64,000 nucleotides of DNA from contig CAWCNY010000002.1 of assembly GCA_963797095.1 (NCBI GenBank), forward strand, positions 896,001-960,000, in the 5' to 3' direction. The position numbers and the translations under genes are program-made. Positions within the stretch are counted from its first letter, which is position 1. The number at the start of each line of letters is the position of its first letter. This document shows, in pieces, positions 37,860 through 47,413 of the stretch. The notes under the pieces were generated by a model that searched no databases, was not told the origin of the DNA, and worked only from the letters and a program-made list of their open reading frames with translations. This DNA comes from an uncultured Chloroflexia bacterium (GTDB lineage Bacteria > Chloroflexota > Chloroflexia > QHBQ01 > JADMIH01).

Positions 37860-39209
37860 ATGCCAAAGGTCAGACCTTTACTCATTTTGGCCGTAGTTGC
37901 CTTACTTGGTGCTATAGCCATTCTTGGAGCCTTCGCACTAGGTAATCAGGGAAGTACTGTAGCTTCGAGCGGCACGGAGCTAACGGTACCGAGAGCAAAC
38001 ATGGGAATGGCAGCCAACTTCCAGGCATCGCCAGCCACAGGCAAAGGGAGCACAGCCTCCCTCCCCTTCGCCAATATTCGGGTCAACCAGGACCAGGGAA
38101 TAGAAGCTCAAAATGAGCCTTTCATAGCTGTCAATCCGTCCAATGCCCGCCACATCGTGGTAGGAGCCAACAACTGGGAAGCAGGCAATGGCCGCTTCGA
38201 AGTCACAGCCTACGTCTCCTTTGACGGAGGAGTGAGTTGGGCCACCTCCCACCCATACATCGATAGGAACGCAGGTCGCCTCAACGCCGCAGACCCCACA
38301 GTATCATTCGGGCAGGACGGAACGGTGTACTTCGGGTTCGTAGCCATGACCCCAGCCCCAGGAGCAGTGGCAGTGTCCACCTCCCATGATGGAGGGCTGA
38401 GTTGGTCCTCCCAAAGTTGGGCCACCCCCTTCACCACCCAGGCGGACAAGCCGGCCATAGCAGAGGCAGCGGGCAAGCTGTACGTCTTCTACCAGAACAC
38501 CTCCCTGATGAGCACAGTATCCTCAAACGGAGGAGCAAGCTGGTCAGCAGCCTCCACGATAGAGGCAGGAGGGAAGAACGCAGCCCCAGTAGTGGACAGC
38601 CACGGCAACGTATATGTCTTCTACAACACCCCCACCGCCATCAGGGTAGCCCGCCCAGGAATGGGAAGGATAGTGACCGTGTCGGACGCAGTAGCGCTGC
38701 AATCGAGGCCGGTGCAGTACCGAGCGGGAGTATACCCGACAGCGGGAGTAGACGGGCATGGAGTGCTGTACGTAGCATGGGCAGATGGTAGGAACATCAG
38801 CACAGGCAACGACATCATGGTCTCACGGTCAACCAACGGGACGAGTTGGAGTGGAGCCGAGAGAGTGAACACAGACGCAGGGTATGCAGACCAGTTGATG
38901 CCGGCGCTAAGTGTAGGGAGAGACGGGGCAGTATCGATAGCATGGTTAGACACTCGGAATGACCCGTCAAGAGTGAACTACGACGTGTACATGGCCCGCT
39001 CAGAAGATGGAGCAAGCTGGAGTGGGGCAAACAGCAGGGTAAGTGCGGTATCATCGAACCCGAACAACGACCCGAGGATGCAAGGGCAGCTAATCGGGGA
39101 CTACTTCGCACTAGGAGCGGGAGATGGAGGAGTGTACGTGGTATGGACAGACACTCGGAATGCCAACGAGGACATCTACCTCGCTCCTGTCCCTACCTCT
39201 AACAACTAA
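37860..39209 (+). CDS. Secreted BNR/Asp-box sialidase-like beta-propeller
   Basis: Signal peptide; QNEPFIAVNP; SxDGGxSW repeats; IGDY; WTDTRN. Confidence 0.85.
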   Translation: MPKVRPLLILAVVALLGAIAILGAFALGNQGSTVASSGTELTVPRANMGMAANFQASPATGKGSTASLPFANIRVNQDQGIEAQNEPFIAVNPSNARHIVVGANNWEAGNGRFEVTAYVSFDGGVSWATSHPYIDRNAGRLNAADPTVSFGQDGTVYFGFVAMTPAPGAVAVSTSHDGGLSWSSQSWATPFTTQADKPAIAEAAGKLYVFYQNTSLMSTVSSNGGASWSAASTIEAGGKNAAPVVDSHGNVYVFYNTPTAIRVARPGMGRIVTVSDAVALQSRPVQYRAGVYPTAGVDGHGVLYVAWADGRNISTGNDIMVSRSTNGTSWSGAERVNTDAGYADQLMPALSVGRDGAVSIAWLDTRNDPSRVNYDVYMARSEDGASWSGANSRVSAVSSNPNNDPRMQGQLIGDYFALGAGDGGVYVVWTDTRNANEDIYLAPVPTSNN

Positions 39210-39401
39210 CTTAGCCCTTTAGGATTTCAGGGTTCGCGGGAGGTCCAGGCCGCTGGCTCTCCTGCAACATCGGAGCTATCAGGGCAGAGGAACGGCTTCG
39301 AGACGGCTTCGCGTAAGCGAAGCCGTCTCATTCTTAAAGCGCCCATCCAGGCGCACGTATAACTGGTATAATAGGGTGCTCCAAACGAAAGGTATGTACT
39401 C

Positions 39402-41789
39402 ATGCCTCGATCTTCCAACTTCTTTTCCCGCGTTCTATACGCTTGCCTTCTTTTTACTCTCCTGGCCCTGGCACTAGTAATATCAGGCGCTCATTCCACG
39501 GCAGGTATGACCATCCCTGTCCAACCCATCTCACCCAACTCTTTCTCCTCCATTATCTGGGGCACCGATATCAACGTAGGTCTGGGGATTGGACTACCTG
39601 CATTAGACCCCTCTATTCCGGAAGCGAACAGCCGTCGCAAAGATCACGTTATGGGCATCGATCCGGCTAACCCGAACCATGTCACGGCGGCATTTGTTCA
39701 AGTTGACATCGGTTTCGAATCATACTATGCGAACAGCACCAACGGCGGCCTCACCTGGTCAAGGGGCAGGCTCGCCTACCCCAACGGCTTTAGCTCAGGT
39801 GGTAGCGTGAGCTTTGCCTACGATGCTCACGGTGTGGGCTACTATTCGTCCCTCGCCATCTCCGACACTCTCGATGCGCTCTTTGTGTACACCTCCACAT
39901 CCGGCACCTCATGGAGCCAGCCGGTGCCAGTAGACATTTACTCGCACAGCGAATACCGCTACCTCCCTACCATCGCCATCGACAAACGCACATCGGGCAC
40001 GGACGCCGGCAGCGCTTACATCTTCTACGAAAACTACGGCAGCTACGATCCCTACTTCCTCGGTATCTGGGGCAGATACTCGCGCGATGGCGGCCTAACC
40101 TGGAGCGACGAATTTCAGGTGTCGGGTCCCACTCACTATTATGCTCACGGCCCCATCTCCCAGGTAGCATCGGATGGCACAGTCTACGTCGCTTACGAGT
40201 TCAGGCCGTCGAACCGGATATACAATGCGTCGGAGCTTTATCTCGACCGCAGCACCGATGGGGGTGTTACCTGGGGTCCCGATAGCCTCATCTCGGGCGC
40301 GCCAATTCAGGATATGGGTGCGCCCGACTGGAAAGAGCTTGAGCTGACCCTCACCGTAGACCAGAGCGATAGCTGCAATATGATACGCATCAACCACTAC
40401 CCAACCATTGCCGTATCGCCGACCGATCCCAACACTGTCTATGCGACCTGGAACGACGGTCGCTGGGAAACCTCATTCCCTGGCTGCGCCACCGGCACAG
40501 GCAGGCACTCCGACATAGCTTTCAGCAAGACCACCGATGGCGGCGCTACATGGTCAGCGCCCATACGCGTCAACGACGATACCCTCGGTAACGGCGTAGA
40601 TCAGTTTATGCCCACAATAGGGGTTGCCTCTGACGGCACTGTTGGCATCGCTTTTTACGACCGACGCTACGACCCCAACCACCTCAACTATGATCTCTCC
40701 TATTCCGAGTCGACCGACGGCGGAGCCACCTGGAGCGCCAACCAGCGTGTGAGTGATGTTTCAAGCGACCCCAACAGGCTGGTTGACCTCAAGAGCATAG
40801 ACGATATAGGGATGCGCAAAGCCCTGGTCTTTGGCCCTGACTACGCAATTGCGTCCTGGGTAGACACCAGGCTCGGCTCCCAACAGGGCGAATTCTTCAT
40901 CGACCGGGGCATTATTGAAGGCACGCCCACAACTCCTACACCCACACTAACCCCCGGCACTCCAGTTTCGACCCCAACTCATACTCCAACAACTACCGTT
41001 ACCCCCACTGCTGAAAGCTCGTCTACTCCTGTAAGCGCATCGCCAACCTACACTGCTCCACCCACATCGACAGCTACCTCTACAGCTACCTCTACAGCCA
41101 TCGCTACGGCGACCGCCACAATTGCCCCCACCGCCTGCACCATCCAGTTCGCGGATGTGCCCCCAGGCAGCACCTTCTACACATTTGTGCGCTGCCTGGC
41201 ATGCCAGGGCATCCTCTCAGGTTACCCTTGCGGTGGGCCGGGCGAGCCTTGCCAACCTCCCGACAATAACCCCTATTTTCGCCCCGGTGCCAACATCACC
41301 AGGGGTCAGCTATCGAAGGTAGTATCCAACGCCGCCGGTTTCAACGACCCGGTCAGCGGCCAGACCTTCGAAGACGTGCCTCCCGGCTCCACCTTCTACG
41401 AATATATTGAGCGCCTGGTTTCAAGGGGTGTTATGTCAGGCTACCCATGCGGCAACCCTGAGCCATGCGTACCCCCCGGCGACCGTCCTTACTTCCGACC
41501 TAACAACGACGCCACCAGGGGCCAGATCTCCAAGATCGTAGCCAAAGCCGCTGCTCTCAACGATCCTCCCGGCACGCAACTATTTGAAGACATGCCTCCC
41601 GGCTCCACCTTCTATACATTTACTCAGCAGCTAGCCAACCTGGGAGTAATATCGGGCTACCCATGCGGCAACCCTGAGCCATGCGTACCCCCCGGCGACC
41701 GTCCTTATTTCCGACCTAACAACGACGCCACCAGGGGCCAGATCTCCAAGATCGTATCTAACACCTTCTTCCCCGAATGCTCTCCATAA
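39402..41789 (+). CDS. Secreted BNR beta-propeller + Thr/Pro linker + three SLH domains
   Basis: STDGGxTW repeats; FADVPPGSTFY...GYPCG..EPC...PYFRP...TRGQ repeats; tggtataat at 39364-39372 upstream. Confidence 0.87.
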   Translation: MPRSSNFFSRVLYACLLFTLLALALVISGAHSTAGMTIPVQPISPNSFSSIIWGTDINVGLGIGLPALDPSIPEANSRRKDHVMGIDPANPNHVTAAFVQVDIGFESYYANSTNGGLTWSRGRLAYPNGFSSGGSVSFAYDAHGVGYYSSLAISDTLDALFVYTSTSGTSWSQPVPVDIYSHSEYRYLPTIAIDKRTSGTDAGSAYIFYENYGSYDPYFLGIWGRYSRDGGLTWSDEFQVSGPTHYYAHGPISQVASDGTVYVAYEFRPSNRIYNASELYLDRSTDGGVTWGPDSLISGAPIQDMGAPDWKELELTLTVDQSDSCNMIRINHYPTIAVSPTDPNTVYATWNDGRWETSFPGCATGTGRHSDIAFSKTTDGGATWSAPIRVNDDTLGNGVDQFMPTIGVASDGTVGIAFYDRRYDPNHLNYDLSYSESTDGGATWSANQRVSDVSSDPNRLVDLKSIDDIGMRKALVFGPDYAIASWVDTRLGSQQGEFFIDRGIIEGTPTTPTPTLTPGTPVSTPTHTPTTTVTPTAESSSTPVSASPTYTAPPTSTATSTATSTAIATATATIAPTACTIQFADVPPGSTFYTFVRCLACQGILSGYPCGGPGEPCQPPDNNPYFRPGANITRGQLSKVVSNAAGFNDPVSGQTFEDVPPGSTFYEYIERLVSRGVMSGYPCGNPEPCVPPGDRPYFRPNNDATRGQISKIVAKAAALNDPPGTQLFEDMPPGSTFYTFTQQLANLGVISGYPCGNPEPCVPPGDRPYFRPNNDATRGQISKIVSNTFFPECSP

Positions 41790-41817
41790 GCCAAACAGGA
41801 GGAGCAGGGGATATATT

Positions 41818-42642
41818 CTACTTTCGGGCCGGTGCGCGCTCAGGAACAGGTTGCATCCTGGTTGGGTATAGCATCGGCATGGCAGGTGTGGTCTGAGCTT
41901 TGCCTGCCATCGCCACCAGGCCGGTCGCTACTGCCTTGTCCTTCGAGTGCCCGGCTCGGGCCGAGATTACCCTGTAGATAGAGCCAACAAGCACGCTTGC
42001 TGCGCTGCCCCAGTAGAGGGCGCTTGCCCACCAGTTGCCGCTGTCTGTGCCGCTTTGCAGGCCGTGAATGAGCACCATCAAAAAGAGCGCGAAACTGAGC
42101 GAGTGGATCAGCCGCCAGGTGCGCACGCCAAGCCTGGAGCGGAAGTAGTAGCTGAAAGCGACTACCGACAGCGAATAGATCGCGACCTGCCCAAGTCCAA
42201 CCCACTGTGGCCTGTAGCTGTCGGCCATGAAGGGCACAAGCAGCTGGCCCAATGTGTAGCTCATGTACTGGTCGCCCAGTAAGATAAGCGCGTGCAAGGT
42301 GCCGAATCCCAGGCCCAAAAGGCTTGTGAACTTGTGTATTTCAAAGCTGGACGGCATCCCCGGCCATCTGCGCCCCAACTTGCCGGTGATACCCAGCCCT
42401 GCGAGCATCGACATCCAGAGGAGGAAATAGGCGACGAATGCGCTTGCCCTCGAAACATACCAGTAGGCCTGGGGCGTAGGCCCTGAGAGCGTTTCCATAA
42501 TAGCCGGGATCATGATCGGAGCTACCACCAACGCCATTACCGCTCCTAAGATTATGGACAGTATCACCCAGACGGGTGTATTGAACCGTTTCCTGGTGGT
42601 GCTTTGTTGACCGGTCTGTTTTGATGTTATAGGCTGGAACAT
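41818..42642 (-). CDS. Ferric-reductase-like (MsrQ-like) heme-binding transmembrane protein
   Basis: WYVSRASA, EIHK, LHAL, WRLIHSLS, IHGLQSGTD: four His residues in TM helices. Confidence 0.82.
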   Translation of the reverse strand: MFQPITSKQTGQQSTTRKRFNTPVWVILSIILGAVMALVVAPIMIPAIMETLSGPTPQAYWYVSRASAFVAYFLLWMSMLAGLGITGKLGRRWPGMPSSFEIHKFTSLLGLGFGTLHALILLGDQYMSYTLGQLLVPFMADSYRPQWVGLGQVAIYSLSVVAFSYYFRSRLGVRTWRLIHSLSFALFLMVLIHGLQSGTDSGNWWASALYWGSAASVLVGSIYRVISARAGHSKDKAVATGLVAMAGKAQTTPAMPMLYPTRMQPVPERAPARK

Positions 42643-42687
42643 TTCATGTGCCTCCAGTGGCTTTCTTTCTATAGGGAAGCTATGCGG

Positions 42688-43140
42688 CTACCTGGATGAG
42701 CGTGTGCTGGTGAGCGCCGCCGGTGCCTGGGCTTCGACCACGGGTGTTGCGGTTGCACTTACTGTAGTGACTTCCGCAGCGTCCACAGGCGTGGATGTCG
42801 CGCTCACTGTGGTGGCTTCCGCAGCAACGACGGTTGTAGCGGTCGCGACCTGGGTGGCCGCTTCGGTAGGTACTTCGGTGGCGGCTGCGATAACGACAGA
42901 AGCCTGGTTTGAGCTATCGGCCTGGGTGACCTGCGCCATTTGCGCGTCCTGCCCCGTGAAGGCCGCCCATGCAAGCAGGGTAGCAACCATAGAGGTGGCG
43001 ACCATGGAAGCGTGAGCGGCCTTTGCCTTGCGTGCCGATGATCTTGCCTGAAGGACGTTTTTCTTTATAGTCGGGTCCGGTTTGTTTGCGTATCTTGAGT
43101 TCATTGTTCTATTTATCCTGGGGTTTTCTATGATCGGCAT
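42688..43140 (-). CDS. Small membrane-anchored Ala/Thr-rich protein ending in TSTRSSR
   Basis: Basic N-terminus, one TM segment, low-complexity stalk; co-oriented upstream of the ferric reductase-like gene; start codon uncertain. Confidence 0.6.
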   Translation of the reverse strand: MPIIENPRINRTMNSRYANKPDPTIKKNVLQARSSARKAKAAHASMVATSMVATLLAWAAFTGQDAQMAQVTQADSSNQASVVIAAATEVPTEAATQVATATTVVAAEATTVSATSTPVDAAEVTTVSATATPVVEAQAPAALTSTRSSR

Positions 43141-43378
43141 GCAAGTTGTGAAAGTTATGTAGTTGGCCCAGGTCCTCTTTTCTCTTCGTTGGTTTCATTT
43201 TAGCTTTGTATTCTTGAGATTTGATGGGAATGGGTGGGCATCTCTCCAATGTTTCTCCAATGATGACGTTACGAACGCCCATAACACCGGATATTCATCC
43301 TGGTGACCGCATTCCGCCTCCCGACCGATCTATCCTGCGGCGAAATGCGCTACACTTGGAACAATCGGCTACAAACTG

Positions 43379-44101
43379 TTGAACTCAAAGCCGGATCAAT
43401 TGCCAATGCCCTCCAGCGATCTGCTCCCTTATATCTTTACCAATACACGTCTACCACTCGCGGTGCAATTCGCTCACTGGGTTCAGGCGTCGCCCCGCTT
43501 TCGCGTGTTTGCCGAGACTTACCGCGACAAAATCCGCAAAAAGGTGCGCGGGATTACCGAGGCCGAGGGCTATGGCGATCTGCAGGCTGAACTGGCAACG
43601 GCCTACTTCCTGGTGCAGGAACGGCGGTTCCTGGTTGAATATGAGAAGTACGGCCTTGGCAAGCAGCGCGGTCCGGATTTCTCCGTCACCTACAAGACGC
43701 ATATCCGCTTCGATGTAGAGGTCACACGGCTGCGTGGGGGGCAGGCAGGGATAGCTCCAGAGCCGGGCAAGCTAGCCAATGCGCTCTGTGCCAAGTTGGT
43801 ACAACTCCCGCCGAGCATGATCAATATCCTTGTTCTGGTCGCGGACGATGCGCCCTACAATCGGGAGGACCTGGAGAGCGCGCTGCGAAGCGCAGTTATA
43901 TTGTTGCAAGAGCGAGCCGAACACAAAGACGACGAGTTCTTCATCCGGCGCGGCTTCCTCGGTGTGCGCGACTTTCACAAGCACTACGGCAGGCTCAGCG
44001 CCATTCGCCTGACCATGCCTGGTGCTCCGCCCGTCCTCCGGCTCCAGCCCCAGGCCAGGCACCCTTTGCCGCCCGACCTCGCTATCCTCCTGCGCAAATA
44101 G
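43379..44101 (+). CDS. Hypothetical protein, possible PD-(D/E)xK-like fold
   Basis: 240-aa ORF with GPDFSV...FDVEVTRL; start could be 43406. Confidence 0.6.
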   Translation: MNSKPDQLPMPSSDLLPYIFTNTRLPLAVQFAHWVQASPRFRVFAETYRDKIRKKVRGITEAEGYGDLQAELATAYFLVQERRFLVEYEKYGLGKQRGPDFSVTYKTHIRFDVEVTRLRGGQAGIAPEPGKLANALCAKLVQLPPSMINILVLVADDAPYNREDLESALRSAVILLQERAEHKDDEFFIRRGFLGVRDFHKHYGRLSAIRLTMPGAPPVLRLQPQARHPLPPDLAILLRK

Positions 44102-44238
44102 GCGCGCCTGCTACATGCTACACTCCAACTATATGAAGAATGATCCGCCTTGTTTAGGTCTTTTGATGTATTGACGGCGCACCCGGCATCCGCTATCATG
44201 GCAGAAGCCGTTGAGGCTCGAAAGGAAACCGACCGGTG

Positions 44239-44378
44239 ATGAGCATACTTAGCCTTTGTCGAAGGAAAACAGGAGATCTGGCCGCCACGGGAGATTTGCG
44301 CCCTGCTGGTGGTTGACATAATATTCCAACGTAGGTTGGGGACCGCGCCGGGGCCAATAGCCCGCGGCGTTTTTGTTT
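44239..44378 (+). promoter_or_regulatory. Putative attenuator: 25-codon uORF (44239-44316) plus intrinsic terminator (44345-44378)
   Basis: AAGGA RBS, MSILSLCRRKTGDLAATGDLRPAGG*, then cgccggggc/gcccgcggcg stem with tttttgttt, ahead of the ABC-F start. Confidence 0.6.
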
Positions 44379-44462
44379 GTACGGCTTGCTTTCTCGCACA
44401 TGCCGCACACGGCCCCGCTTGCTGTTGCGCCCACGGTTCGCTCCCCGGAAAGGGAGACTACA

Positions 44463-46103
44463 ATGATACTGGTGAACCTTGATAGCGTAGCCAAATACTA
44501 CGGAACCCATCTGATCTTTGATAACCTCTCGTGGCAAATCGACGAGCATGAGAAGATCGGGTTGGTGGGGCCGAACGGTGCAGGCAAGTCGACCCTGCTG
44601 AGGTTGCTGGCGGGCACCGATGTGGCGGATGGCGGTCAGGTGGCGGCGAGACGCGGCCTCAAGGTTGCCTTGCTGCCGCAAGAAGTGCCCACTGAGCCAG
44701 GAAGCACGCCCCTCTCCGTTGCCATGAGCGGCAGCGCCGACATGCGTTCCTTGCTGGCCGCTATCGAGCGCGCCGAAGCAGCTTTTTCCGACCCCGAAAT
44801 TTACGAGGACCTGGATCGCCTTACTACGTTGAGCGAGGAGCACGCACGCTTGTTGGAGGCATACGAGGAGGCTGGCGGTGGGCGGTTACGCAGCCAGGCA
44901 ACGGGGCTGCTCAACTTGATGGGTTTCAGCGCAGAGGAGCTGGAGGAACCACTCGCCAACATGAGCGGCGGCCAGAAGAAGCTGGCCTACCTGGCTGGGT
45001 GTCTCCTCCTTGAACCTGACCTGCTTCTGCTCGATGAGCCGGACAACCACCTCGATCTCGAAGGAAAGACGCGACTGGAAGCCATCGTGTGCGACTTCGC
45101 GGGATCTGTGGTGATCATATCGCATGACCGCTATCTGCTGGACGGAACCGTCACCAGGATCGCCGAGCTTGATAGCGGGCGCTTGAAACCCTACACAGGC
45201 AACTACTCGTCCTACGCGGTGCAAAAAGAGCTTGCTCTGGCGAAGCAGCAATCCGATTACGTGGCGCAACAGAAAGAGATACAACGGCTGGAGGAGGCGG
45301 TAGCCCGCTTCAAAGATTGGGCCAATCGTGTAGTGGACGAGAGGCATATCAAGCAGGCGCGCAACAAGCAACGCCAGATCGACCGGATGGAGAAGATCGA
45401 CAGGCCGGTGCTGGAGCGGCGCAAGATCGGCCTGCAACTGCACCCGCATCAGCGTGGCGGCCAGAAGGTGGTAGAGCTACGCAATATGAGCAAAAGTTTC
45501 TCCGACAACGGTCATGGCCCCGTAGAGGTACTGCGCAGGTTGAACGGACTGGTGCGGCATGGCGACCGCGTGGGGCTGGTTGGGCCTAACGGCGCGGGCA
45601 AATCGGTGCTCTTCCGGCTTATTGCCGGTCAGGCGCTGCCAACGTCGGGCGAAGTGTGGGTTGGGCCAAGCATCCAGCTTGGGCTATACACCCAGGAGCA
45701 CCAATCGCTCGAAATGGGTAGCACGCCTGTCGACACCGTGCGGCGCGTCAAGCCGATGTACGAGGAGCAGGCTTACGGCTTTCTGGGAAGGTTCATGTTC
45801 AGCTACGACAAGTCTCGCCGACCTATCAACACCCTTAGCGGTGGCGAGAAAGCCCGTCTGCAACTGGCTTGCCTGATGCTGACCGGGGCCAACTGCCTCC
45901 TCCTGGACGAGCCTACCAACAACCTTGATATAGAGAGCGCCGAGGTGTTGGAGCGTGCCCTCGCCGACTACGCGGGCAGTGTAATCGTGATCTCCCACGA
46001 TCGCTACTTCCTCGACCGGGTGGTTGACCGCATCTGGGAGTTGAAAGACGGCAGACTGCGCGAGTTCGATGGCGCGTGGAGCGATTACATGGAGCGAGCG
46101 TGA
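44463..46103 (+). CDS. ABC-F family ATPase (ribosome-associated, possibly antibiotic-resistance type)
   Basis: Two GPNGAGKS Walker A motifs, MSGGQ/LSGGE, LLDEP.N, ISHDRY; no TM segments. Confidence 0.92.
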   Translation: MILVNLDSVAKYYGTHLIFDNLSWQIDEHEKIGLVGPNGAGKSTLLRLLAGTDVADGGQVAARRGLKVALLPQEVPTEPGSTPLSVAMSGSADMRSLLAAIERAEAAFSDPEIYEDLDRLTTLSEEHARLLEAYEEAGGGRLRSQATGLLNLMGFSAEELEEPLANMSGGQKKLAYLAGCLLLEPDLLLLDEPDNHLDLEGKTRLEAIVCDFAGSVVIISHDRYLLDGTVTRIAELDSGRLKPYTGNYSSYAVQKELALAKQQSDYVAQQKEIQRLEEAVARFKDWANRVVDERHIKQARNKQRQIDRMEKIDRPVLERRKIGLQLHPHQRGGQKVVELRNMSKSFSDNGHGPVEVLRRLNGLVRHGDRVGLVGPNGAGKSVLFRLIAGQALPTSGEVWVGPSIQLGLYTQEHQSLEMGSTPVDTVRRVKPMYEEQAYGFLGRFMFSYDKSRRPINTLSGGEKARLQLACLMLTGANCLLLDEPTNNLDIESAEVLERALADYAGSVIVISHDRYFLDRVVDRIWELKDGRLREFDGAWSDYMERA

Positions 46104-46135
46104 TCAGATGGCAGGGATAGTGTAGGATATAGGCC

Positions 46136-47308
46136 ATGACCGAGGCGCTTCGTATTCTCTTTGACGCGCGCATGGTGCACTACCGGAGGGCGGGCATCGG
46201 GCAGTACGCGATCAGCCTGTTGCGCGCGCTGGCTCAATTGCCTGATCCGATGTCAGTCGATATGTTGCAGATGCGCGCCGATACGCGTCCTATCGTTTAC
46301 GATCCGCGTTTCAGGCGCGTGCCCGCTGCTACACCGCCCCACAATCGATTCGAGCAGGCTGCTCTCCCTGTCGAATTATTGAAGATCAGGCCCAGGCCGC
46401 AGGTGATGCACTGCCCCGACTTCGTGCCGCCTCGCGTGCGTGCCTTCCCTGCCGTAGTGAACATACAGGACCTGGCCTTCCTTAAGTTTCCTGAGCTTAC
46501 GTTGCTGACGGACGAGAGCAAGCGATATTACGGGCAGGTCCAATGGTCGGCGCGCAATGCCGAGGCCCTGATCGCGCTCTCGGAGTCGACGCGCGCTGAT
46601 ATAGTACAACTTCTCGGAGTGAAGGAGCGCAAGGTGACCGTGATCCCGGCTGCCGCCGGCGCACGATTCCACCCACCCGATGATCCGGCGAAAGCCAGAG
46701 AGGTTGCGGACCGTCGTTTCGGGCTGGGTCCGAACGAAGGTGGCTACATTCTTTTCGTCGGCACGATTGAGCCGCGCAAGAACCTGGCAACGCTGGTGGA
46801 AGCCTATAGTGTGTTGAAATCACGCGGCAAGGTAGAGCCAATGCCTGTACTGGCGCTCGTGGGCGCAAAGGGGTGGCTTTCCGAACGGCTATATGAGCGG
46901 ATAGAAGCGTTGGGTCTGGAGAAGCAGGTCTATTTCCTGCATGGTGTGGAGGATAGCGCGCTGCCGGTGTTTTATGCCGGGGCGCGTTTGTTCGCGTTCC
47001 CATCGTTGTACGAAGGGTTTGGCCTGCCCGCTCTGGAAGCTATGGCCTCGGGTACGCCTGTCGTGTCCTCAAATGCAGGGTCATTGCGCGAGGTAGTGGG
47101 TGATGCCGGGCTATTAATGGACCCTCACGATGTAGAAGGATGGGCCGGCGCGCTGGAAAGTGTGCTGTTGGACGATACATTATCAAACAGGTTGCGCGAG
47201 GCAGGGCCTATTCGGGCTGCGCACTTCTCGTGGGAGAGGGCCGCGCGGGAGACATTGCAGCTTTACCGGCAAGTAGCACGTGCTTCCGGCAAGGATTTTC
47301 AAGAGTAA
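46136..47308 (+). CDS. GT4-family glycosyltransferase
   Basis: [30 protein letters not shown]. Confidence 0.93.
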   Translation: MTEALRILFDARMVHYRRAGIGQYAISLLRALAQLPDPMSVDMLQMRADTRPIVYDPRFRRVPAATPPHNRFEQAALPVELLKIRPRPQVMHCPDFVPPRVRAFPAVVNIQDLAFLKFPELTLLTDESKRYYGQVQWSARNAEALIALSESTRADIVQLLGVKERKVTVIPAAAGARFHPPDDPAKAREVADRRFGLGPNEGGYILFVGTIEPRKNLATLVEAYSVLKSRGKVEPMPVLALVGAKGWLSERLYERIEALGLEKQVYFLHGVEDSALPVFYAGARLFAFPSLYEGFGLPALEAMASGTPVVSSNAGSLREVVGDAGLLMDPHDVEGWAGALESVLLDDTLSNRLREAGPIRAAHFSWERAARETLQLYRQVARASGKDFQE

Positions 47309-47413
47309 GTTTCGTAACAGGGTTTGCAATCCGGCGCGTTTGTGGTACGCTCAATATGTACCTCGCCAATGGAGCCGTGGAGACGCGCCGTACTCTGTTT
47401 CAGGAGGCTAACT

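Noticed and set aside
43200-44460. Replication origin suggested by a C-rich to G-rich shift
   Set aside because: No dnaA or DnaA-box cluster seen, and the skew appears to revert further downstream.
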